NCBI GenBank assembly: GCA_016191105.1
Contig: JACPPH010000008.1
Location: 2,667-66,666, forward strand
Origin: Candidatus Saccharimonadota bacterium
GTDB lineage: Bacteria > Patescibacteriota > Saccharimonadia > CAILAD01 > BJGX01
Reading direction: 5' to 3'
Length of the DNA stretch: 64,000 bases
The notes beneath the pieces were generated by a model. The model had not been told where the DNA came from and searched no databases. It worked only from the letters and a program-made list of their open reading frames with translations. This document shows, one piece after another, positions 28,780 through 36,824 of this stretch. A program made the translations under genes and the position numbers. The number at the start of each line of letters is the position of its first letter. Within the stretch, counting starts at the first letter, position 1.

Positions 28780-29126
28780 TGCTAAAACGAGCCTTTCGAT
28801 TGCGCCGAGCAAACGATCTAAACAAGGTTTACAAGTTTGGCAAAAAAAGCTCTGCCCCGAATCTCTACATAAAAGCCCGTCACACCAACCTGCCCGTTAG
28901 TCGACTAGCCGTAGTGGTAACAAAAAAAGTAAGCAAAAAGGCCACATTGCGCAACCGTATGAAACGACAAATGAGCGAGGTAGTGCGCACCAATTGGCAA
29001 CAGATTAAGCCTGGTTTTGATATCATAGTTATGATCACAGCCGACACAACCAAACAAAAGCCCAGTCAAACCAAGGCCGAAGCCTTAGAAGCTCTAAAAA
29101 AACTGGCTATAATAGACAAGTCATGA
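28779..29126 (+). CDS. rnpA: Ribonuclease P protein component
   Basis: Basic ~115-aa protein immediately after rpmH. Its ATG overlaps the rpmH stop. Confidence 0.85.
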   Translation: MLKRAFRLRRANDLNKVYKFGKKSSAPNLYIKARHTNLPVSRLAVVVTKKVSKKATLRNRMKRQMSEVVRTNWQQIKPGFDIIVMITADTTKQKPSQTKAEALEALKKLAIIDKS

Positions 29127-29377
29127 AGAAAACTATAGTTTATATCATAAATATTTACCAAAAAACTCTCTCACCCGATCATAGCTGGCGAGCCAGCCGT
29201 TACCCACACGGCTTTTGTCGCCATTATCCAAGCTGCAGTGAGTATACCAAACGGGCCGTAGAAAACCACGGGGTGTTAAAAGGCTTGTGCTTAGCTGTTG
29301 TTAGAGTTGTAAGCTGTAATCCATTTGCCCAACCCAAGATTGATTTGAGCTGCGAAAAGGTTCTTAAGAATGGGTAA
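29123..29377 (+). CDS. yidD: Membrane protein insertion efficiency factor YidD
   Basis: 84 aa. Conserved YQKTLSP...CRHYPSCSEY motif. Confidence 0.85.
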   Translation: MKKTIVYIINIYQKTLSPDHSWRASRYPHGFCRHYPSCSEYTKRAVENHGVLKGLCLAVVRVVSCNPFAQPKIDLSCEKVLKNG

Positions 29378-30206
29378 TATCTTAAACGCCATATTAATAC
29401 AGCCGCTGCTAAACCTGCTGATATTCATTTATGCCGTTCTGCCGGGTCACGACTTCGGCATTGCCGTAATAATTATGACGGTTTTGATCCGTTTGGCACT
29501 ATGGCCGCTGGCTAGTAAGCAGCTACATAGCCAAAAGAAGCTTCAGGCTCTGCAGCCCGAGATAGCAGCATTGCGCAAGAAGGCGGGCGGCGATAAGCAG
29601 AAAGAAAACCAAATGCTCATGGAGCTCTACAAGGAAAAAGAAATCAACCCTTTTAGCGCCTGTTTGCCAGTATTGTTACAGTTCCCGTTTCTTATTGCTC
29701 TATATTTTGTGTTTAACCAGGCTACGAACGACATAGCCAAGACCATATCTAACCTATATGGTCCGGTTCAGAACATGCCCTGGATTAAGGATATCGCCGC
29801 TAGCCCCAACCTCTTTAAACCGAGCTTGCTGGGCATTGTTTCAATGGCCGCACCTAGCATTGCTTTGGCGATCTTTGCCGGAGTAACTCAATTTATTCAG
29901 GTTAAGATGATCTCGCCCAAAGCTGCCGACACCAAGGGCGACCCCCAGGCTCAAGCTACGGCTATGATGAACTATCTGTTTCCGGCAATTACAGTATTTA
30001 TAGCCTGGCGGCTGCCCGCAGCCCTACCGCTTTACTGGTCGGTTACCAATATTGTTACTATTATTCAGCAGAAAATGATTATGAGCCAAGAAGTTGAAAA
30101 AATGGAAGAAGTTAAGGTGGTTAAAAAAACTGGCATTTCAAATGTTATCAAACAGCTTCCAGCCCGGACTAAACCTGCCAAAGCTAAAAAGAGTCAGAAA
30201 AAATGA
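29370..30206 (+). CDS. yidC: Membrane protein insertase YidC/Oxa1 (short form)
   Basis: 278 aa and 5 TM. Conserved positions in the rnpA-yidD-yidC-jag order. Confidence 0.88.
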   Translation: MGNILNAILIQPLLNLLIFIYAVLPGHDFGIAVIIMTVLIRLALWPLASKQLHSQKKLQALQPEIAALRKKAGGDKQKENQMLMELYKEKEINPFSACLPVLLQFPFLIALYFVFNQATNDIAKTISNLYGPVQNMPWIKDIAASPNLFKPSLLGIVSMAAPSIALAIFAGVTQFIQVKMISPKAADTKGDPQAQATAMMNYLFPAITVFIAWRLPAALPLYWSVTNIVTIIQQKMIMSQEVEKMEEVKVVKKTGISNVIKQLPARTKPAKAKKSQKK

Positions 30207-30655
30207 GCCAGCTGAGTGTAGCCCAAGCCAAACTCCAAGAACTGCTAAGGCTACTAAATATTGAGGCCACGGTTGAAGTTGACGACGATGAGGAGCACCC
30301 CACATTAATGATTGATAGTGCCGATCAAGCGCTTTTAATAGGCCGCAACGGCGATAACCTGCGAGCGCTGCAGCATGTTCTGAATGTATTATTGCGGCGC
30401 GAGGGCACTCCAGAGGGCTTTGTGGCTATCGATGTGGCTGGTTACAAAAAAGAACGCACCGAAAAGCTCAAAGCCATGGCTCAAGCCGCCCTCGAAGAAG
30501 CCGTTAAGGGCAACAAAACAGTTCGTCTTAAGCCTATGAATGCTTATGAACGCCGGCAAGTACACATGTACCTGGCCGACAGCGCCGAAGTAGTTACCGA
30601 GAGTGAGGGCCAAGAGCCACACCGCATTGTGGTTGTCAAAAAAAGACTCTACTAA
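30203..30655 (+). CDS. jag: Jag/KhpB RNA-binding protein (KH + R3H domains)
   Basis: R3H motif region (ERRQVHMYLAD) and its position after yidC. Confidence 0.8.
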   Translation: MSQLSVAQAKLQELLRLLNIEATVEVDDDEEHPTLMIDSADQALLIGRNGDNLRALQHVLNVLLRREGTPEGFVAIDVAGYKKERTEKLKAMAQAALEEAVKGNKTVRLKPMNAYERRQVHMYLADSAEVVTESEGQEPHRIVVVKKRLY

Positions 30656-30675
30656 ACGGTCTAAAAGCCTGAACA

Positions 30676-32046
30676 ATGGCCAACGAAATCACAGATGCCA
30701 CAATCGTAGCAATTGCCACGCCCCCAGGCCGGGCGGCAATTGGCATAGTTAGAATTTCGGGCCCAAAGACCGCGATGGTTCTTAAGAGAATTTGGGTTAC
30801 AAAAGGCCAAAAGCTCGAGCCCAACAAACTAACAGTCGGCTGGGTTGTGGACGGTAGCACCAAAATAGACCAGGCCATGACGGCTTATATGCTCGCACCC
30901 AATTCTTATACCGGCGAGGACATGGCCGAAATTCATTGTCATGGCTCGCAGATAATTTTAAACACCATACTTCAATTGTTAATAAAAAACGGGGCCAAGC
31001 CAGCCGAAGCCGGGGAGTTTACCAGGCGAGCTTTTTTAAACGGCAAGCTCGACTTAGTACAGGCCGAGGCCGTGGCCGATCTAATAGAGGGCGAGAGTAG
31101 CCAGCTAGCTAAATTGGCCGCTTTTCAGTTGGCTGGCGGATTGTCGGGGGAAGTTAACGGTATAAAAGAGGTTTTATTGGGTCTGGCTGCAGTCACTGCT
31201 GCCAATCTCGACTTTAGCGAAGAGGATTTAGAGGCTTCGACTTATTCAGACCAGCTCGAGCAGATAAGTGGCCTGCTTAAAACAACTCATCACTTGCTTG
31301 ATTCGGCACGATCGCTATCGCTAATTCGCAATGGCTTTCGCGTGGCCTTAATAGGGCTACCAAATGCCGGTAAGTCCACGCTTTTAAATGTTCTAGTAGG
31401 TTATGAACGGGCGATTGTAACCGACGTAGCTGGTACCACCCGTGATACCATAACCGAAACCATTGCTTACAAGAATCTAAGCTTTCACTTTACCGATACT
31501 GCAGGGCTAGCCGAAACCGACGACGTGGTCGAAAAGCTTGGGGTGCAGCGCAGCCAAGAGGCGATCAAAAGCTCGGATCTGATTCTTGTTTTGGTTGCGC
31601 CTGGTAAAGAAGAAGCGACAAAAAAGTATCTTGAGCGAGAGGATCTTCTCGACAAACTTGATACAGATAACAGTCTCATTCTCCATACCAAGTGGGATTC
31701 GAACTCTCATCCAAACAATGTAAGCCTAGGTAAGATTCCTTCGATAAATATCTCGGCTAAGACCAAAAAAGGGCTCAAAGAGCTGTTAGATGCTATCTAC
31801 AAAAAAGCCGCTGCTGGGCATGACCCAAATGCCGTTTTGCTGCTTACCAATCGGCAGGTATCGGTTGTAGCCGATCTGTACCAGAAGCTCAAGGAGATTC
31901 AAACAGTATTAAAACAAGGCTTACCGGGTGACATTTTGCAAGTTGAGTATCAGCGAGCACTGCGGATCATTGGCACGCTCACCGGCGACCATGTAACCGA
32001 GGAGGTTATAAGCGGCATCTTCAGCCGCTTTTGCATAGGCAAATAG
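30676..32046 (+). CDS. mnmE: tRNA modification GTPase MnmE (TrmE)
   Basis: G-domain motifs GLPNAGKSTLLN and DTAG. C-terminal CIGK motif. Confidence 0.93.
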   Translation: MANEITDATIVAIATPPGRAAIGIVRISGPKTAMVLKRIWVTKGQKLEPNKLTVGWVVDGSTKIDQAMTAYMLAPNSYTGEDMAEIHCHGSQIILNTILQLLIKNGAKPAEAGEFTRRAFLNGKLDLVQAEAVADLIEGESSQLAKLAAFQLAGGLSGEVNGIKEVLLGLAAVTAANLDFSEEDLEASTYSDQLEQISGLLKTTHHLLDSARSLSLIRNGFRVALIGLPNAGKSTLLNVLVGYERAIVTDVAGTTRDTITETIAYKNLSFHFTDTAGLAETDDVVEKLGVQRSQEAIKSSDLILVLVAPGKEEATKKYLEREDLLDKLDTDNSLILHTKWDSNSHPNNVSLGKIPSINISAKTKKGLKELLDAIYKKAAAGHDPNAVLLLTNRQVSVVADLYQKLKEIQTVLKQGLPGDILQVEYQRALRIIGTLTGDHVTEEVISGIFSRFCIGK

Positions 32047-32067
32047 TAGTTCTGGTATTATAGAGAC

Positions 32068-32670
32068 ATGATCACACTCGAAGAAGCTAATAAAAAAGCT
32101 GAGGCTTTGCAAAAAGATGGCCGGGCTTTACTGGATCAGTATGACACTCTAAGCCTTCTGGCAAGACTTGGCGACATTCATGTTGATGGAAGCTTTGCTT
32201 ATGGGCTTATGGTAAAACCAGACATCGATTTTCATATTTATTCTAGCTTTCCAGACATTCGGAAGGTTTCAGAAGTTTCTCAAAAACTCCTTGAAACCCC
32301 AGAGCTAGTTAGAATATTGGTGTCCAACAAACAAGATTATTTAGAGCCCGAAACAGGGCACCCAAAAGGCATTTACTTAGGATTTCGGATATTCTACAAA
32401 GGCCAGGCCTGGAATTTTGATGTGTGGGTTGTGAAGCCGGAGAACAAAGTTGATTCCGAAATGTTTGAGTTCGGCTGGCACAAAAAACTTACTAAAGAAC
32501 AGCGCGACTCAATCTTACTTTTAAAATACAACCTTAAGGATCAAGGTCGATACCCTGGGCTGGACGAAGGTATGTATGCCTCCGCCGACATCTACCGAGC
32601 CGTGATGAAGGATGGTGTGCGGACGATCGAAGAGCTAGATGAGTGGCGCAAGACCCACCCTTATTGTTAG
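32068..32670 (+). CDS. Nucleotidyltransferase-fold protein (minimal Pol-beta-type NTase)
   Basis: GS...D.D signature in DGSFAYGLMVKPDIDFHIY. Confidence 0.5.
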   Translation: MITLEEANKKAEALQKDGRALLDQYDTLSLLARLGDIHVDGSFAYGLMVKPDIDFHIYSSFPDIRKVSEVSQKLLETPELVRILVSNKQDYLEPETGHPKGIYLGFRIFYKGQAWNFDVWVVKPENKVDSEMFEFGWHKKLTKEQRDSILLLKYNLKDQGRYPGLDEGMYASADIYRAVMKDGVRTIEELDEWRKTHPYC

Positions 32671-32677
32671 TAGATAT

Positions 32678-33082
32678 ATGACAAAACAAGAGATTGTAGC
32701 TAGCGTTCAAAAACTGACCCCCCCCGGCTCATATGTGCTTTTTGGGAGCTGCTCGCTGGCGGCACTTAATCTACGTGAGGCCAACGACATTGATATGCTT
32801 GTTAGCGAGGACTTGTTCGAAGAGCTCAAGTCAAGCGGCTGGAAGCAAATCTACAAAGGCCCAAAAGACGAACCGGTTACATATGATGCATTTGAAGCTC
32901 ATTCAAGCTGGGGCTTTAGTCCATATAGCCCAACCTTAGGGCACCTGTTGTCTTCGGCAGTAGTGATTGAGGCTGTTCCGTTCGCGGCCCTAGAAGAGGT
33001 GCGCAAATGGAAGCAGGGCAGGCTAAGCACAAAAGACATTCGCGATATCAAGCTAATCGACAATTACTTAGCTAGTCAGTAA
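32678..33082 (+). CDS. Nucleotidyltransferase-fold protein, second copy (ORF begins at 32639)
   Basis: LFGSCSLAALNLREANDIDMLV again fits GS...D.D. Start taken at MTKQEIV. Confidence 0.45.
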   Translation: MTKQEIVASVQKLTPPGSYVLFGSCSLAALNLREANDIDMLVSEDLFEELKSSGWKQIYKGPKDEPVTYDAFEAHSSWGFSPYSPTLGHLLSSAVVIEAVPFAALEEVRKWKQGRLSTKDIRDIKLIDNYLASQ

Positions 33083-33215
33083 TTGGAAAGTCGAGCGAGG
33101 ATTTATAGTAAGTATTTATGGTGTCAGTCTTAATTACTTTGCCGCTTAGGTCTTGGATGTCGCGATAAAAGACTGTTTGGCTAGGTTTGGTGGTGTCGGA
33201 GCTGCCACTTACACA
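33069..33215 (-). pseudogene. Truncated paralogous 3' fragment of the VanW-like gene
   Basis: Minus-strand translation gives VSGSSDTTKPSQTVFYRDIQDLSGKVIKTDTINTYYKSSLDFPITD*, about 80% identical to the C-terminus of the 33363-35087 gene. The reading frame breaks with stops immediately upstream. Confidence 0.7.
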
Positions 33216-33362
33216 GCTCCTGGCTTTGGGCGTCTACTTTCGTCGGCCATCTCAATAGATGGGGCGCCTATCTTCCTAAACGAGATACGCAAATGGAGAG
33301 CTAGGTGCGGAGCTACCAAGTGCTACAGGCGTTAAAATTAATCGACCACTATCTTGCCAGAA

Positions 33363-35087
33363 CTAGTTTGCTACTGGAAAATCGAGCGACGACTTATAGC
33401 TGGTATTTACTGTGTCGGTCTTAATAACCTTGCCAGCCAGATCCAAAACATCACGATAAAAGACCGTTTGGCTAGGTTTGGTGGTGTCGGAGTTGCCACT
33501 TACGAAGAACGGACCACGGATAGCCCCTGTCTTAGTCTTGGTGCCATAAAAACTAAACTTTAGAGTGGTGCCGGTCATAGTGGTTTGAATTAGTATATAG
33601 CTGCCGGTATCATTGCGAAACTTCATGTCGACTTGCGGGTAATAAACGGTTGCGTCTACACCTGGCACACCATAAGGCTCGGTGTAGTAGCTAATTGCAA
33701 AGGCGTGGCTAACGCGCTGCACAATAGGCAAACCGGCCAGTAGCGCCGCGCGGTAAGCCGTGCTCGACACTTGGCATAAACCGCCGCCATACTGGAACTC
33801 TTCGCGGTTGCCTAAAATAACTAAACTGGGCAAGTAACCAGTTTCGGGGCCGACTTCGCCTAGGTATTCTCCAAACGAAAAGACCTGGCCAGGCTTGAGC
33901 AATATACCGTTAAAACGAGCCGCGCCCACCCGAATATTTTGCATACGGTTGGCTGATGAACCAGGAAAATAACTTACCCCCTCGCTAATCAACTCCTTTA
34001 TGCCCAACTGATCAATGGTATCGCTGCTAACAGCGGCTTTTTGTACCGATACTGCTAGCTGCACCGGTTGGCTTTGGCCAGTTTTGAGAGCCTCTAAAAC
34101 GGCATCAGTCGAAGCGGCCACATCGAGTTTGCGCCCATCACGACTTTGTACAAACACGCTGGCTTTGCCCCCCTCGATTGTGAGCTGGGCATCTTGGGGC
34201 TCCTGGTTAACTTGAGCGGCTATACTGCCCACAAAGCCTGCGATCTGGTTTTTGTCGAAACCAACACCCGCCTGTCCCAATTGGCGATTGTAAAAGTTAT
34301 TTAACAAACTGGAAGAATAAGGTTTAATAGGCGAGCTAACATTGAGCCAACCGATTAAGGTATTGGCATCTATTGAAAAACTCTTACCAGCTGCACTGAG
34401 CACTAACGGCTTTTGCAGGTATGGCTCAACCAGCTTTGATTCATCTCCGAGCTGACTAGAGCTAAGTTGCGGTTGAAGCGTAGTAGTGTCTAGAACAATA
34501 TCCTTTTTGAGCTGACCAAGTTGACTCTGCAGTTGTAGTGCAGCTAGTCCTAAACCCAACCGCTTACCTGGTTGAGCTGGGTTTACCGCCAGCTCACCAC
34601 CATTGAGCATAAAGCTGGCATTGCTTACTGGCTGGGCGGTCTCATTGGCCAAACTGCTAAGCGCGGTGGCGGCTTGTGGGCTCAAACTTACAGAGCTCAC
34701 CGTTTTATCTGAGCCAAATACAAGCAAGCCAAGCTGATCAAATATTTGGGTAAATGGGTTGCCAATCCGCCCCAAGCTATAAAGATCATCAACCAGTTTA
34801 GCGGAATCATTGCGGCCAATCAGGTCGTTGGCATAATAATTACGGCTGTTGGAGCCTACGGCAACAGTTACCGCCGTACTCTGGTAGGCAGCTACCTGAC
34901 CATCTAGCAACTTAATAGCTTCTTTTTTGGTTAAACCGCCTAAGTAAATGCCGTCGCCATAAACGCCTGGGAATACTCGATTGGCATAGGCCAAGCGCAG
35001 GGCATATAGCAGCGTTAAAGCACCGGCTGCAGCAATTACTGCTCCGATTCCCAATTTAAACCAGATAGATGTTTTTTCTTTGGCCAT
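33363..35087 (-). CDS. VanW-family protein (ORF extends to 35156)
   Basis: GGGLCQVSSTAYRAALLAG matches the VanW-domain signature. N-terminal TM anchor. Start taken at MAKEKTSIWFKLG. Confidence 0.7.
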   Translation of the reverse strand: MAKEKTSIWFKLGIGAVIAAAGALTLLYALRLAYANRVFPGVYGDGIYLGGLTKKEAIKLLDGQVAAYQSTAVTVAVGSNSRNYYANDLIGRNDSAKLVDDLYSLGRIGNPFTQIFDQLGLLVFGSDKTVSSVSLSPQAATALSSLANETAQPVSNASFMLNGGELAVNPAQPGKRLGLGLAALQLQSQLGQLKKDIVLDTTTLQPQLSSSQLGDESKLVEPYLQKPLVLSAAGKSFSIDANTLIGWLNVSSPIKPYSSSLLNNFYNRQLGQAGVGFDKNQIAGFVGSIAAQVNQEPQDAQLTIEGGKASVFVQSRDGRKLDVAASTDAVLEALKTGQSQPVQLAVSVQKAAVSSDTIDQLGIKELISEGVSYFPGSSANRMQNIRVGAARFNGILLKPGQVFSFGEYLGEVGPETGYLPSLVILGNREEFQYGGGLCQVSSTAYRAALLAGLPIVQRVSHAFAISYYTEPYGVPGVDATVYYPQVDMKFRNDTGSYILIQTTMTGTTLKFSFYGTKTKTGAIRGPFFVSGNSDTTKPSQTVFYRDVLDLAGKVIKTDTVNTSYKSSLDFPVAN

Positions 35088-35167
35088 GGCCCCGTCTTGC
35101 CTCGATAAGCTTGCACAAGTTCCTAACATATTATGTACCTTTTTGCTATCTGGCACAAGCTAAGAAA

Positions 35168-36205
35168 TTACTTAAGATCATTGAGCAGCTCCACACCCTC
35201 TTTAACGAGTTGGCTTTTCGATTTAGGACACACCAAAACGCCATGTGGGCTATCTATAACCACCATTTCATCTAGGCCAAGCGCCATAATTGGCTTATCG
35301 CCGGCAATCACCAAGCTGTCGCTGCAGTCTTTTTGGCAAACTTGGCCGCGAACGACGTTAGAGCCACCATTTTTAAGCAGTTCGTGTAAATCGTTAAAAC
35401 TACCAATATCTGTCCAGTCAAAAGTTCCCGGCACTACCAATGGCTTGTCGAGCTTTTCGATTAGAGCAGTGTCAATGGCCTCGTTGGCCAATCCTAAATA
35501 CAGCTTGTGCAGGGTAGCTTTGCTCTTCTGGCCAGCCAAGCTGCCATAGATTCTATATAGATTTGGCGCAAAGTATTTAAAACTACTTAAGAAAACCTCA
35601 ATCGGTGCCGCAAATAAGCCCAGATTCCACAGGTATTGTTTGGACTTAACATACTTTTTAGCTGTTGGTAAATCTGGTTTTTCAACAAATTTCTCAACAA
35701 AGTAAGCTGGCCGACCGTGCTCAGACACTGCCTCCTTGCCAAGCTTAATGTATCCAAAGCCGGTCGATGGGTAATCGGGCTGAAGGCCGATGAGGGCTAT
35801 TTTTTGGAGTTCTTGTGAGGCCAAAACCGCAGCCTTCACCGACTCTTTAAATGATTTATTGTCGGTTATGTGGTGATCGGCATGTAAAAAAATAATTACT
35901 TCGTTTGGATTGTGCTTTTTAGACAACTGCGATAAAGCCAGCAAAATACATGATGCCGTGCCGCGCCGGCCAGGCTCAATTAGTATGTGTGAGGCCGGGA
36001 GTGTGGGTAGCTGCTTCTTGATTTCGTTGGCATGAGACTTTTCGGTAACTATGTAGATATCTTTGGTAAGGGTCGAGGCGCGTTTGTAAGTATTTTGTAT
36101 TAGTGAGTTATTATCTACTAGGTTTAGTAGGTGTTTGGGGTAGTTTGGTTGAGATAGGGGCCAAAGTCGTGTACCCTGGCCACCAGCAAAAATTACAATT
36201 ATCAT
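35168..36205 (-). CDS. manC: Mannose-1-phosphate guanylyltransferase (ORF extends to 36226 from a TTG)
   Basis: N-terminal IFAGGQGTRLWPLS nucleotidyltransferase motif and overall ManC/CpsB similarity. A TATAAT 8 nt before the ATG suggests a leaderless transcript. Confidence 0.85.
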   Translation of the reverse strand: MIIVIFAGGQGTRLWPLSQPNYPKHLLNLVDNNSLIQNTYKRASTLTKDIYIVTEKSHANEIKKQLPTLPASHILIEPGRRGTASCILLALSQLSKKHNPNEVIIFLHADHHITDNKSFKESVKAAVLASQELQKIALIGLQPDYPSTGFGYIKLGKEAVSEHGRPAYFVEKFVEKPDLPTAKKYVKSKQYLWNLGLFAAPIEVFLSSFKYFAPNLYRIYGSLAGQKSKATLHKLYLGLANEAIDTALIEKLDKPLVVPGTFDWTDIGSFNDLHELLKNGGSNVVRGQVCQKDCSDSLVIAGDKPIMALGLDEMVVIDSPHGVLVCPKSKSQLVKEGVELLNDLK

Positions 36206-36299
36206 TGGCTTATTATAGCAAATCAATCTCCAGGTTTAGGTCACTTTATATTATCTAGACGGTTATGTTAAAATATAACCCTAAGGGGGACTATTCGCT

Positions 36300-36824
36300 A
36301 TGAAGAGAAACAAAAAGAAAAAAGTTTGGCTAATCGTATTTTGCTTGGGAGCGTTATTGTTGATTTTGCTGGGTCTTGGCTATTGGCAACGCCAACAGGT
36401 TAAAAACCTTGCAAGCAAAATAATTCCTGGTCTTAAACGAAGCGATGCCCCTGTTCAGGTCGACGGTAAACCACAAACCGAAGCCAAAGATCTTGCTGGC
36501 AGCCAAAAGGCTGCCGAAAAAGCCTCTAAGCCAGGAGTGATTAACCCGCAGATAACCACTATCGATCAAAATGCTACAACTGTTATGGTAAGGGCAATGG
36601 TTAACAACGCCACAACTGGCACCTGCACACTCAAACTACAAAAAACTGGCCAAGCAGACATAACCCAAACTGCACCCATAGCTCGGGTAACTAGCTATTA
36701 TGCCTGCCAAGGCTTTAATGTGCCAAAGAGCCAGATTCCTATAAACGGGGAATGGACGGTGACCGTATTATTTGCTAACGACCAAGGTAATGGTCAATCG
36801 GGGGACATTATAAATGTCAACTAA
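36300..36824 (+). CDS. Hypothetical secreted/anchored protein
   Basis: N-terminal TM or signal segment (KKKKVWLIVFCLGALLLILLGLGYW). No family recognised. Confidence 0.45.
   Translation: MKRNKKKKVWLIVFCLGALLLILLGLGYWQRQQVKNLASKIIPGLKRSDAPVQVDGKPQTEAKDLAGSQKAAEKASKPGVINPQITTIDQNATTVMVRAMVNNATTGTCTLKLQKTGQADITQTAPIARVTSYYACQGFNVPKSQIPINGEWTVTVLFANDQGNGQSGDIINVN

Noticed and set aside
33153-33563. Plus-strand ORFs 33153..33335 and 33354..33563
   Set aside because: They lie on the opposite strand of the VanW-like gene's 3' end and its duplicated fragment. Their mutual similarity is explained by the underlying direct repeat, not by coding.
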